From Candidatus Hermodarchaeota archaeon (GTDB lineage: Archaea > Asgardarchaeota > Thorarchaeia > Thorarchaeales > Thorarchaeaceae), in NCBI GenBank assembly GCA_048885865.1, contig JBHLLF010000030.1, positions 1 through 30,453 on the forward strand: a stretch of 30,453 nucleotides of DNA. Reading direction: 5' to 3'. This document shows positions 17,711-27,439 of the stretch, piece after piece. Below the pieces are notes generated by a model. It was not told the origin of the DNA, searched no databases, and saw only the letters and a program-made list of their open reading frames with translations. The translations under genes were made by a program, and so were the position numbers. Each line of letters begins with the position of its first letter. The stretch's first letter is position 1.

Positions 17711-20700
17711 GTGAAGGTCGCTAGGGTTCTCATCATTCTGCTCATACTGGCTGGCGTTCTTATCACTGCGCTTGGTGCCATCTATGGATGGTGGCTAGGA
17801 CAGATTATCTTCCAAGACATGTACGAACTAAAAGCCGGGGTTCCATTTTGGGAAACATGGACCCTGGAGTGGAACCTATTCTACGCAGCCATACTTCTGA
17901 CGCTCTTAAGCATGATTTCCAGCTTCATCACCTTTCAACGATCGACCTTCATCTCATTCATGTCTGCCCTCTCTCAGACTGGGGGGATTGTTAAGAAACT
18001 AGAGATGCGGACGGCTGTGTTCTGGCGCCTGGTTCAGGTCTTGGGGCTTTTCTTGTACTATGTAGCAACCGGCGGCTATTCAGTGACTGGACAGAATGTG
18101 GCATTCCTCATGATGCTAATGGCAGATGGGTCGATATCTATCTCCCCTGGGGAGGTTAATTCGCTCTTTACACTCCCCTTTGCTCCAAACACATCTTCAG
18201 CTGATGTTATCGCTCTTGTGCCTGCAATGGAGGCATATCAGCTATACATGGGTCTGATTGCGACCTTCATTGTTTTCCTAGCAGCACGAATTGGGCTCAG
18301 TCTTGTGACTGACCTCATGTTAGCAAATCGTGACATCTTCGTTGTAATCTCCAAGGGTCTCTTCGTCGTAGCAATGGTGATTGTCTTGGAGCTACTCAGC
18401 GTTCCCATGTGGACTGTGAATGCAGGTACCTTCATGACATACTTAGCACTCATTGTGGCCCTTGCAGCATCGTTCTTTGGTGCTCTGCTGTTCATGGTTA
18501 TGCGAATGCGGTCTGGCGATGCTCAGGCACGGCTTCGTGGTAAAATAACTCAGCTTGAGGGTGACTTGGCAAGACTACAGGGAGAGTTGATGTCACTCAG
18601 ACAGGAGTATGAAGCTGGCGCCATCGACATGCAAGACTACAAGCGTAGAGTGACTTTGCTGATGGAAGATCGTGCGAACATCAGCGGCGAGCTGCGCCGT
18701 TTGAAGATTGAACGTATGATTCCAATAATCGGTCCTCAACGAAAGTTTGGATTCATTGCATTATTCCTCATAGTTGCGGTGGTATCAGCACCAATCGCCC
18801 AAGCATTCCTTTATGGCATCCCCATGGAGGGAGACCGCTATATCGATTGGAAGTTCGGATATGAAACCCAAAAAGAGATTGCCATCACAAACTGGGCCGC
18901 GGGATTGGAGGACATGGAAATACTGGGCCTTGAAGATCTCACATTGAATGCCACACCAGAGGGTGAAGTGGAATCGTTAACCACAGTGCGCCAATGGGAT
19001 CAAACTGCGAGCTTCCTGCGGATGAAGAATCAAATCGGAACTAACTGGATGCAATTGGCGGACTCTGATATCGTGTACCTAAAGGGTCATGAATACTGGA
19101 TTGCTCCATTGACCTTCGACTATACCACCATATCTGACAACTTCATCACACAGCATCTCATCTACACACACACTGAAGGAATGGTTGTCCTTGATGCCTA
19201 TAGTGGCGATATAATCGAAGAGGATAGTTTCGTTGCTCTGATGAATAGGACTGCCGCCGTCGATACATACTATGGTGAGGGTGTTGGATTCTCCGATGTG
19301 GTCTTCGTCAATGTACCAGGTTTTGATGAGATTGGCAATGCGACTTTTCCAGGGCAGCCTGACTACACCCTCAGAGGTTTCGAGTCGTTCTTCTACATAC
19401 TAACAATGGGCCCAGAGGCCTGGTCTTTCATTGGTCGCGAAATGGACATGTTGGTGCAAAGGGACGTGGTTTCGAGAGTTCGGTCAATAATGCTTCAAGG
19501 ACTCACAGTTGATACCGATCCATACATTGTGGCTGCTCCAGACGGGACTCTGTACTATGCTGTGTCAGTCTTCATTGACTATCCATTAGCGACAGGATAT
19601 GCACACGAGAACTACGTTCGCTTCATGGGCGTTGTGTTGGTGGATATCCAGACTGGAGAGCTCGAGTTCTATAAGTCTCCCACAGCAGAGGGAGGTTTCT
19701 TCCTAGACAGTACATATGATGACTACTATGATTGGGCACCTGCTCCTGCGTGGCTTCAGTCACAAATGAAGTGGCCTGAAGACCTCTATGAACGACAGCT
19801 AGAGATTGCCTACATCTATCACGTCAATGATGGTATCGTCTGGCGCGGTGGAAATGACTTCCACCAGGCTCCAGAGGGTTCTGACACTAGGTACATTATC
19901 ATGCGAATCCTAGGTGAAGAACGCTTTGTTGCAATGCATAACAGCGAGTTCTTGGACTCAGCTGGACGAAACCTTGCAGGGCTATATGTCATGGGTTGTG
20001 GCGATAAGGACTTCGGAGTCTTGCGTTTCTACAAGGCGGGAGATCTTGGATTCTCGACTCTCTTGGGGCCAACAGCTGCTGTACAAGCGTTCGAAACTAA
20101 TGATGCAGTCCGGACTCAGTTGCAGCTCTGGGGTGAACATAGGTATGGAAACAGGCTGCTGTACCATCTCGGAGGCGATCTGTTCTTCGTGGTTCCTGTG
20201 TTCCTAGAGGTGGAAACATCAGCCAATAGAGTCATTGAGAAGCTTGGTGGAGTAGGACTCGTTGATGCACAAACTGGCGAACGAGTGACTCTCGGAACCA
20301 ATGTGGTTGAAGCGTACTACGAGATGTTTGGCTTACTTAATCAGACAACAGTCGGAACTGGAGAAGTAGGCTTCGAAAGCGCTCTGTTCAGCCCGATCAC
20401 AGTCAGCTCGGGCGATGCTGCTAGCCTTGTGACATTGCTAAGGAACAATGACAACATGAGTCATGACTTGACTCTAGACATTGTGATTACCGCCGGCAAT
20501 TTCTCAGTGAACTGGCATGGAATGGATGTGGTTCCCACGGAGTATCCCGCAAACACGACATTCACGCTCAATATTGGCAATGTTGGTCAGGGCGACCTCT
20601 ATGGGACGACTCCACTGGTCACTGCATATTTGCCTGAGGGACTTGTCGTAGCTCAGTACCTAGTACAGCTAGTCCTGAGGACTGAAGAGGGAATTGTAGA

Positions 20701-20731
20701 CACAATCAGCCTGATTCTGACGGTGACATGA
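17711..20731 (+). CDS. UPF0182-family membrane protein with a coiled-coil insert and a C-terminal beta domain
   Basis: Multi-TM N-terminal half; TVRQWD, HLIYTH, DTDPY and QMKWPEDLYERQ motifs resembling UPF0182; about 1000 aa. Confidence 0.8.
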   Translation: MKVARVLIILLILAGVLITALGAIYGWWLGQIIFQDMYELKAGVPFWETWTLEWNLFYAAILLTLLSMISSFITFQRSTFISFMSALSQTGGIVKKLEMRTAVFWRLVQVLGLFLYYVATGGYSVTGQNVAFLMMLMADGSISISPGEVNSLFTLPFAPNTSSADVIALVPAMEAYQLYMGLIATFIVFLAARIGLSLVTDLMLANRDIFVVISKGLFVVAMVIVLELLSVPMWTVNAGTFMTYLALIVALAASFFGALLFMVMRMRSGDAQARLRGKITQLEGDLARLQGELMSLRQEYEAGAIDMQDYKRRVTLLMEDRANISGELRRLKIERMIPIIGPQRKFGFIALFLIVAVVSAPIAQAFLYGIPMEGDRYIDWKFGYETQKEIAITNWAAGLEDMEILGLEDLTLNATPEGEVESLTTVRQWDQTASFLRMKNQIGTNWMQLADSDIVYLKGHEYWIAPLTFDYTTISDNFITQHLIYTHTEGMVVLDAYSGDIIEEDSFVALMNRTAAVDTYYGEGVGFSDVVFVNVPGFDEIGNATFPGQPDYTLRGFESFFYILTMGPEAWSFIGREMDMLVQRDVVSRVRSIMLQGLTVDTDPYIVAAPDGTLYYAVSVFIDYPLATGYAHENYVRFMGVVLVDIQTGELEFYKSPTAEGGFFLDSTYDDYYDWAPAPAWLQSQMKWPEDLYERQLEIAYIYHVNDGIVWRGGNDFHQAPEGSDTRYIIMRILGEERFVAMHNSEFLDSAGRNLAGLYVMGCGDKDFGVLRFYKAGDLGFSTLLGPTAAVQAFETNDAVRTQLQLWGEHRYGNRLLYHLGGDLFFVVPVFLEVETSANRVIEKLGGVGLVDAQTGERVTLGTNVVEAYYEMFGLLNQTTVGTGEVGFESALFSPITVSSGDAASLVTLLRNNDNMSHDLTLDIVITAGNFSVNWHGMDVVPTEYPANTTFTLNIGNVGQGDLYGTTPLVTAYLPEGLVVAQYLVQLVLRTEEGIVDTISLILTVT

Positions 20732-20741
20732 GCAGGCCACT

Positions 20742-21692
20742 CTATGAGCCGAGAAAGTTTCGATACCAATCTACAGTGCGTTCGAGCCCATCATCTAGGG
20801 TGACTGATGGAGTGAATTCCAAGATTTTCTTGGCTCTCTCCCCTGAGCCAATGCTCTCCTTGATATCACCCTGTCTTGCGGGTCCATGAACAATGCTTGA
20901 TTCAGACTCAGGCACGAGTGCTAAAATACCGTTCGCCAGATCGAGTATAGAGATTACGTCACTGCCCGCCACATTCAGTGTTTCGCCAACAGCCCGGTCT
21001 GACTCTCCTGCAAGACGTGTGATTTCTACAACATCGTCAATATGAATCAGACTTCGGGTTTGAAGTCCATCCCCATCCACGATGATCGGCATGTTTTGGA
21101 TTGCATTATTGGTGAAGATTGAAACAACCCCACTATATGGTGAGAAAGCCTGCCTGGGCCCATAGATGTTGAAATATCTCAAAATCACAGTTTCTATTCC
21201 ATAGGTGTTGTGATACGCTCTGAGATACATCTCTGCAGCAAGTTTTGATGCTCCATAGGGGCTCAGAGGCTCGACAGGTGATTTCTCGGTAACCGGCAAC
21301 TCTTCGGGCATTCCATAGACTGCAGCACTTGAGCTGAAGACAACTCTTCTGGCTCGATTCAATCTCGCCAATTCAAGAATCTTCAAGGTTCCAGTTGTAT
21401 TGATATTATGCACAAGGAGTGGATCTTCCACAGATTGCTTGACTGATGATATTGCTGCCAGGTGGTAGATGACATCTATTTCAAAATCAAGTAGTGAAGC
21501 TAGCTCGTCATCCAGTATGCTGGCTGTAATTAGCTTGAATCGAGGATTCATAAGAGCTGACTCAATATTCTTCTCCAATCCGACGCTAAAATTGTCAAGG
21601 CCTATGACTGAATATCCTATATCCAGCAAGTGATCTACGAGATTGCTGCCGAGAAATCCAGCACAGCCGGTCACAAGAGCCATTTCAACCAT
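20742..21692 (-). CDS. NAD-dependent nucleotide-sugar epimerase/dehydratase (extended SDR)
   Basis: TGCAGFLG, HLAA, SSSAAVYG, YGASK catalytic YxxxK, LRYFNIYGPRQ and GDGLQTR. Confidence 0.93.
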   Translation of the reverse strand: MVEMALVTGCAGFLGSNLVDHLLDIGYSVIGLDNFSVGLEKNIESALMNPRFKLITASILDDELASLLDFEIDVIYHLAAISSVKQSVEDPLLVHNINTTGTLKILELARLNRARRVVFSSSAAVYGMPEELPVTEKSPVEPLSPYGASKLAAEMYLRAYHNTYGIETVILRYFNIYGPRQAFSPYSGVVSIFTNNAIQNMPIIVDGDGLQTRSLIHIDDVVEITRLAGESDRAVGETLNVAGSDVISILDLANGILALVPESESSIVHGPARQGDIKESIGSGERAKKILEFTPSVTLDDGLERTVDWYRNFLGS

Positions 21693-21791
21693 AGTTCTTC
21701 CCCCGCAAAGAGGTGCTCACTCGCTATAGCCCTTTTCCCTAGCACCAAACCGGTGTGTTGATGTGCTGGTATTGCAAGCTCCTATATCGAC

Positions 21792-22109
21792 ATGTCTGAA
21801 CCTGAGGATGATATGACTGGCCCATTCTTCGTCTACATCTTGGAGACCGCGGACGGCACACTTTACACTGGCCAGACCAACAACCTACATCGCCGCTTCA
21901 CCGAACACTTGGCTGGAAACTCCAAGGGTGCCAGATATTTGCGGGCTCATAAGCCAGAATTCTTGGTATATTTGGAGGAGTTCGAAACACGAGGAGAAGC
22001 AATGAAGCGTGAACGTAGAATTCAACGGAGCAGAAAGTTGAAACATAGTCTGGTGGGCCCGCGCCGCGATATTCGTGAGGTTATAGAATCCGAAAAGAGC
22101 TATCAGTAG
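21792..22109 (+). CDS. GIY-YIG nuclease family protein (UPF0213-like)
   Basis: FVYIL...LYTGQT...RR...H..G..GARY...AMKRE. The start may be the second ATG (MTGPF). Confidence 0.88.
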   Translation: MSEPEDDMTGPFFVYILETADGTLYTGQTNNLHRRFTEHLAGNSKGARYLRAHKPEFLVYLEEFETRGEAMKRERRIQRSRKLKHSLVGPRRDIREVIESEKSYQ

Positions 22110-22162
22110 TATCACGAAGCTTTCTTATCATGGATTCTCCCTCGAATCCACGGGAGTCTTCA

Positions 22163-23683
22163 ATGACAGAACTTGTTCTTGCTATTGATGCTGGGACCAC
22201 TGGCGTTCGCTCTATGTTCTTCAAGCCCACGGGGGAGGTGGTTGCTAGGGCCTATGAGGAGTTTGAGAATCACTTTCCAAAGCCCTCCTGGGTTGAGCAA
22301 GAGGCATCCGATTGGTGGACTTCCACATGCAATACGATATCAACCTGTTTCAAATCGGGTTTAGCAAAGGCCGGACAAGTTGTCGGTGTTAGTGTGACTA
22401 ATCAGCGTGAAACCATGGTTCCAATTGATGAGAATGGTGCCACTTTGAGAAAGGCAATTGTTTGGCAAGACCGTCGCACAGTTCCAGAGTGTGAATGGAT
22501 AAAGAGCCAAATCTCAGAGGATGAGATTTATTCCATAACAGGGCTCACCGTGGATCCTTATTTCACAGCGCCCAAGATACTTTGGGTCAAGAGGAACCAG
22601 CCTGAGGTCTTTGAAAAGACTCACAAGTTCATGTTAGTGCATGACTACCTCATCTACAGACTCACTGGCTTGACAATTACTGACCACTCTAATGCAAGCA
22701 GGACCATGCTCTTTGATGTTTCCAAGGCTACTTGGTCCAGAACAATGCTTGACGGTCTTGGCATACCAAAGGATAAACTCCCTGATCCCATTGGTTCGGG
22801 AATAAAGGTTGGAGAACTTAGTGAGCAAGCTTCGAAAGAGTCTGGTCTTATCCCAGGCACTCCAGTCGTGGCTGGTGGGGGGGACCAGCAATGTGCTGCT
22901 CTGGGTGTGGGAGTGGTACGTCCAGGCTCATTCAAATCGACTACAGGCACTGGCACGTTCATGCTTGCATTCTCTGACACTCTGAAACTTGATTCCCAAC
23001 GCAGAGTTCTCTGCAGTCGACATGTGGTGCCTAATGCATTTGTTGTAGAGGCATCTATGTTCACCACAGGCTCAGCACTACGCTGGTTTCGTGACCAGCT
23101 TGGAAGCGTTGAGATTGCAGCCGCCGAGGAACAGGGAATGGATCCCTATGAAGTAATAACTGAGGGTGCCGGGCAGATTCCTGCTGGCTCTGAAGGTGTC
23201 CTTCACATTCCTCACTTCGTAGGCGCAGGTGCACCGTATTGGAATCCGCATGCGAGAGGGGTCTTTGCTGGACTCGCTCTCGGACACACACGGCATCATC
23301 TAATGCGTGCAATCCTTGAAGGAGTCTGCTACGAGATACGAACTAATCTTGACGTGATGCGGGAATTGGGACTGTCTGTCAATGAAGTGCGTGTCACAGG
23401 AGGGGCCGCTAGGAGTGAGACTTGGATGCAGATACAAGCCGATGTCCTCAACATTCCTGTAATTCGAACGAAGATGGAGGAGGCCACGGCATTAGGTGCT
23501 GCAATATTGGCAGCAAAAGGAGTTGGGATATTCAAATCAGTGGTTGAAGCCGCGGAAGAAATGGTCTGTCCCATCTCCCCTCTGACTCCTACTGAGGAAC
23601 ATAGGTCTGTTTACGATGATGGATTCAAGAGGTACAAGACCCTCTATGATTGCCTATCGAGGATTACATGGACATCAGACTAG
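22163..23683 (+). CDS. FGGY-family carbohydrate kinase (glycerol/xylulose kinase-like)
   Basis: AIDAGTTG, TNQRET, WQDRR, DPYFTAPK, TDHSNASRT, GDQQ, GAPYW, RAILEG and GGAARS. Start at MTELVLAID. Confidence 0.92.
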   Translation: MTELVLAIDAGTTGVRSMFFKPTGEVVARAYEEFENHFPKPSWVEQEASDWWTSTCNTISTCFKSGLAKAGQVVGVSVTNQRETMVPIDENGATLRKAIVWQDRRTVPECEWIKSQISEDEIYSITGLTVDPYFTAPKILWVKRNQPEVFEKTHKFMLVHDYLIYRLTGLTITDHSNASRTMLFDVSKATWSRTMLDGLGIPKDKLPDPIGSGIKVGELSEQASKESGLIPGTPVVAGGGDQQCAALGVGVVRPGSFKSTTGTGTFMLAFSDTLKLDSQRRVLCSRHVVPNAFVVEASMFTTGSALRWFRDQLGSVEIAAAEEQGMDPYEVITEGAGQIPAGSEGVLHIPHFVGAGAPYWNPHARGVFAGLALGHTRHHLMRAILEGVCYEIRTNLDVMRELGLSVNEVRVTGGAARSETWMQIQADVLNIPVIRTKMEEATALGAAILAAKGVGIFKSVVEAAEEMVCPISPLTPTEEHRSVYDDGFKRYKTLYDCLSRITWTSD

Positions 23684-24966
23684 GAGGAATAGACTGCCAA
23701 CTTGTTGCCCTTATCGAGTACGAGAATCCTTGTATTTGGATCCTCTGAAATCCATGCATCAATCACGGATTGAATATCATCCACCTTCTTCAGGTGCGCA
23801 GACTCAACGGTATCCTGATCGAGAGTGGTATACATCTTTACGCTTGATACACGATTCAGCAATTCCGCAAATTTGTAGGCCTTGTGCTCATAGAGATGAT
23901 ATTGTCCACTTATGGATGCGATGACATCATTGAGTGGAGCTGCGAGTTTGTTATAGAAATTCTCAGTGGCCTTTGGAGGTGCAACACCATCACGGCATTC
24001 AGCTACGAACAAGACTTCTCCACCATCAGACACTGCGTTCTTCGTTAGCTCCAATCCTCTCTGAGCATGGTATAGACTCTTGTCTTGTGGATAGCCTCCC
24101 GGGGACACGATAATCCTGGACACCGGGTCTACTGTGAAACTAGCAGTTTCATCCAGTACCTCAATTCCCCTAGCTATTACTGGCTCTAATCGTCCAGCAT
24201 CTGACCACACTAATTTCTGCTCGCTTGTGATGACTGATAATGTAAACACCTTTGCACTCCTGGTCACCATCTCCATGGCTTCTCTCATATCATCAGCCAA
24301 GGGATTAGTCCGCTTGGTTGTGTCGGGATGATATGGGTGTCTGCCGAAAGTTGAATTTGGGTCCAATGCCATCGAGTGATTAGCTTCAATAGTCTTGAAT
24401 GCACACACGCCTGGAAGGAAATTCTTCAATCCATTTGAGTAACCTGCAAAGTAATGCGCTTTCATGTCTGATAGAGACACGTAGACATCATGGTTTGCTG
24501 CTAGTGCGTTGACGACAAGAGGCGTCCCTCTACTCGTGACACCAAAGTCAACAACTTCTCTGCTTTGACAGTCATGTATGTGAACATCAAAGCTGCTCAA
24601 ACCTCCATCACGAGCAACTCGCTGAATCATGTCTACTATCTCTAAGTTGGCAGGATGATTCACTTCATGCGACCCGGTGGTAATGATGAACTGTACACTG
24701 TTCGCATCCGTGAGTAGTGGGACGATTGCACTCACAAGTTCCCGATGTGGAGCATCTCTGGTATGATCTTCGACAAGAACGCAGACATTCCTACTCGGCA
24801 CAAGTTCTTCAAGGTGAGGGCCATGAGGATTTGCTAGCACACGGGCAAGCTCTGCCTCAAAATCAGATGAAGCAGCCACTTGCCTTGGAATAATCTTCCC
24901 TGCAAGATTCTCATCCGGTATGTCAAACTCAATCTTGGATTCACCGTATGATAGGTCCACCTTCAT
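23680..24966 (-). CDS. Lactate racemase LarA superfamily protein (nickel-pincer-dependent racemase/epimerase homologue)
   Basis: MKVDLSYG start, EDHTR, TGSH, GTP, HYFAGYSNGLK, ANH and GGYPQD. Its stop overlaps the kinase stop (CTAG). Confidence 0.85.
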   Translation of the reverse strand: MKVDLSYGESKIEFDIPDENLAGKIIPRQVAASSDFEAELARVLANPHGPHLEELVPSRNVCVLVEDHTRDAPHRELVSAIVPLLTDANSVQFIITTGSHEVNHPANLEIVDMIQRVARDGGLSSFDVHIHDCQSREVVDFGVTSRGTPLVVNALAANHDVYVSLSDMKAHYFAGYSNGLKNFLPGVCAFKTIEANHSMALDPNSTFGRHPYHPDTTKRTNPLADDMREAMEMVTRSAKVFTLSVITSEQKLVWSDAGRLEPVIARGIEVLDETASFTVDPVSRIIVSPGGYPQDKSLYHAQRGLELTKNAVSDGGEVLFVAECRDGVAPPKATENFYNKLAAPLNDVIASISGQYHLYEHKAYKFAELLNRVSSVKMYTTLDQDTVESAHLKKVDDIQSVIDAWISEDPNTRILVLDKGNKLAVYSS

Positions 24967-25081
24967 CCTAGTGTCCTCATTCATCTTGGTGCCATTGCTA
25001 CAGAAAAGCGTTGACCCTGCTGCACATTGAGCCCTAATGCGGCACCAAAACTGATATCCAGCCAATTTAGTTTGAGGGGCT

Positions 25082-25405
25082 ATGAGCAATTCGGATGATC
25101 AAAGGAAAACTGGCATGGCTGGAATGGGTCGCTGGTTAGCAGTAGGTTCTGAGTTGCCTTGTTCTGTAATCATCATGACCTATGTTGGATCTTTCCTGGG
25201 CACCGCTTGGTGGGGGCCTCAGGGTGCTGTGTCTGGAGGCGTCCTGGGTGCTCTTGTAGGATTTGTGCTAGGTGTCTTAAGCGTCTATAAGACGGTAGAG
25301 TACTATGACCGCCTAGAAACTCAGATTCAGACCAAGCGCACCTACATGCCGCCGCCTGAAGAAATCTATGAGGAGTTTGACCTCCCCGGAAAGGAAGATG
25401 AATAG
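25082..25405 (+). CDS. Small two-TM protein, AtpZ/AtpI (ATPase gene 1)-like
   Basis: Two Gly-rich TM helices with a G-x-E pattern (AVGSELP...YVGSFLG; GVLGALVGFVLG) and a charged C-terminal tail. Confidence 0.5.
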   Translation: MSNSDDQRKTGMAGMGRWLAVGSELPCSVIIMTYVGSFLGTAWWGPQGAVSGGVLGALVGFVLGVLSVYKTVEYYDRLETQIQTKRTYMPPPEEIYEEFDLPGKEDE

Positions 25406-25418
25406 CCAACCACTTCTT

Positions 25419-25973
25419 TCAAGTGACTCTCTCACCTACACTGTAGTAGCTGAAATCACCACCGGTAGCCCAGACAAAGGCATTTACCTTTCTCAGATTC
25501 AGTTTGCCATCGTTCAGGCAATAGGGAGTGACATATGAGCCGATGATTTCACCAATAATTCCTTCATTTTGGTCGTAGTTCAAGACCTCTGTGAGTCTGC
25601 ATTCCATGTTTATTGGACACTCTCGAATCATCGGAGCCGTTGAGAGCTTTCCATAGAATGTTTCGAACAACGATGACTTGTCAAAATCCCGTCCAGATTT
25701 GCTACCACAGATTTTGGTCTCAGGCATTAGATTTACTGAAGGAATATTCACGCTGAATGTTCCCTGTTCATGTATTCCAATCCTTGTGTATCGTTTCTTG
25801 AACAAGCTGAAGAAGATGTGCTTTCCAAAATTGAAGGGAGCTATATATCCAATCACAAGATAGTTTGGCTTTCCATCTACTAGAGCTCCGACCAAGGCAA
25901 CGGGCAAGGGGTTGAGAAGGTTTCCTCTCATCTCTTGCTTTCCAAGATTCGACATTAGGGGTGCTTTCACCAC
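25419..25973 (-). CDS. Flavin reductase / flavoredoxin family protein
   Basis: PLPVALVG, FSVNIP, CGSKSGRDFDK and APMIRECPINMEC. ATG 25955 is an alternative start. Confidence 0.88.
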   Translation of the reverse strand: MVKAPLMSNLGKQEMRGNLLNPLPVALVGALVDGKPNYLVIGYIAPFNFGKHIFFSLFKKRYTRIGIHEQGTFSVNIPSVNLMPETKICGSKSGRDFDKSSLFETFYGKLSTAPMIRECPINMECRLTEVLNYDQNEGIIGEIIGSYVTPYCLNDGKLNLRKVNAFVWATGGDFSYYSVGERVT

Positions 25974-25983
25974 AACACCTCAA

Positions 25984-26568
25984 TCAGGATTGATCTACTA
26001 TTTGGGTTCCATACTTCTCGGAATACAAAATATCTCGAATATCTAGTCGAGGCCTTTGCTTTGGCGCTTCATCAGCCAAGCCCATCGTCACAAGGGCGAT
26101 TATATCGCCATCGTCTGGGATTTCTAAGGCTTCTTTTATGATTCGTGTCACCTCAGTAGGCGCAGACTGGAACATGGCGACCCAACAAGTTCCATATCCA
26201 AGGGCTGTCGCAGCGAGAATAAGATGCTCAGCAGAAATCATTGTGTCCAAAGCGTACCATTTTGCAGGATTGTTGGGACAACATGATGCCGCACGCATGC
26301 CAAGCACGACAACGACCGCATTTGCCTCTGCGATGAACTTCTGTCCACCAGCAGCCTCAGCAAGTATTTCTTTCATTGCGTGCCTACGAACCACAATGAA
26401 GCGCCAAGGTTGACTGTTGTTTGTAGATGGAGCAAGCTGTGCTGCCCTGAAGATTCGTACTATGTCCTCATCGGGAATCTCAAACTCTCTGTATTTCCTT
26501 ATGCTGCGTCTCTCTTCAAAGACTCTGAAGAACTGATCAATATTCTCAACACTTGCTTGATTTTTCAT
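25984..26568 (-). CDS. Nitroreductase family protein
   Basis: RRSIRKY, APSTNNSQPWRF and LAATALGYGTCW. Confidence 0.92.
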   Translation of the reverse strand: MKNQASVENIDQFFRVFEERRSIRKYREFEIPDEDIVRIFRAAQLAPSTNNSQPWRFIVVRRHAMKEILAEAAGGQKFIAEANAVVVVLGMRAASCCPNNPAKWYALDTMISAEHLILAATALGYGTCWVAMFQSAPTEVTRIIKEALEIPDDGDIIALVTMGLADEAPKQRPRLDIRDILYSEKYGTQIVDQS

Positions 26569-26587
26569 TAAGAACCCCCAAATCTAA

Positions 26588-26628
26588 ATATTGGATGACC
26601 AATAGGAAAAGTATCGGTCATCCGATAT
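26588..26628. promoter_or_regulatory. 17-bp imperfect inverted repeat upstream of the nitroreductase-flavin reductase pair
   Basis: ATATTGGATGACCAATA-GGAAAAG-TATCGGTCATCCGATAT, 15/17 complementary. Overlaps a minus-strand TTTATAT box at 26625-26631. Confidence 0.55.
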
Positions 26629-26707
26629 AAATATACTCTACACAGCAAGCGGTTTCAAAACTGAATTGTATATTCGAATTAGTTTAGATGACTGTGCAAT
26701 CTGACGC

Positions 26708-27298
26708 CTATCTCATGAACTCCTCATCGTCGTCTGCATCGAGCACCTCAATGATTATCTTTGTGGCACTTCTGCCTACGCCAGCTATGATTATTTGAAC
26801 TAGGAGTGCAATCATGAATGCTCCGAGTGCAAAGCTGAATATTCCAAGGGAGAATGACGCTGCCTGTGTTACCCAAGGACCGAGATAGTATAGGTCCACA
26901 AGATACCAAATGTAAAAACCAGCGACCGCCATCGAAACAACTAGGGCTCCGTAGAGCATTACAACCATCTTGACCTTTGGTGTATCGAACCTAACCTGCT
27001 CGATACCTGGACCTACCACAGCATTTCCAATCTTCCTAGAGAACCTGACGAATGCGCTGATTGCGGCAAGGAATAGGACGATAAAGATAATGATGATTAC
27101 TATGAGGAGAAGCGGCTTCAGTGCATCATCGAGTGTGAAGAAGAGGTCTCCTATTGCATATGCAGTGAGCGAACCTACCATCACTATGACTGCCACTATT
27201 TCTATGACAAATGTGATGGTGGCAGAGTTTCTAAAGAGGCTCCCAAGGTCGAAATACTCGTCGCGCCTCGGTACGAGATCGTCAGTTCCTTCCGTCAT
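26708..27298 (-). CDS. Hypothetical four-TM membrane protein
   Basis: Four hydrophobic helices in two hairpins and an acidic C-terminus. Start set at MTEGTDD to avoid overlapping the divergent atpC promoter region. Confidence 0.65.
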   Translation of the reverse strand: MTEGTDDLVPRRDEYFDLGSLFRNSATITFVIEIVAVIVMVGSLTAYAIGDLFFTLDDALKPLLLIVIIIIFIVLFLAAISAFVRFSRKIGNAVVGPGIEQVRFDTPKVKMVVMLYGALVVSMAVAGFYIWYLVDLYYLGPWVTQAASFSLGIFSFALGAFMIALLVQIIIAGVGRSATKIIIEVLDADDDEEFMR

Positions 27299-27439
27299 GG
27301 CAACCAACTTGATTGCACGAGCCTTCCCGGTTATTTGAATTCTTCTACTATCAGCAGTTTCCTTCCCTTCGTCAACCTTTATATCCCGCATGGATTGAAA
27401 AATCGTAATCCCGCCGACCAAAAATCACGGTGTTACAAG

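Noticed and set aside
21792-22109. GIY-YIG gene as a homing endonuclease or mobile element
   Set aside because: It is a short stand-alone UPF0213-type domain with no DNA-binding extension, intron/intein context or terminal repeats.
27335-27439. N-terminal extensions in the ORF track (atpC; likewise pyk, the LarA homologue, the dehydrogenase and the ferredoxin)
   Set aside because: They come from upstream in-frame or alternative starts. Downstream ATGs match family N-termini, often with SD sites, and remove overlaps.
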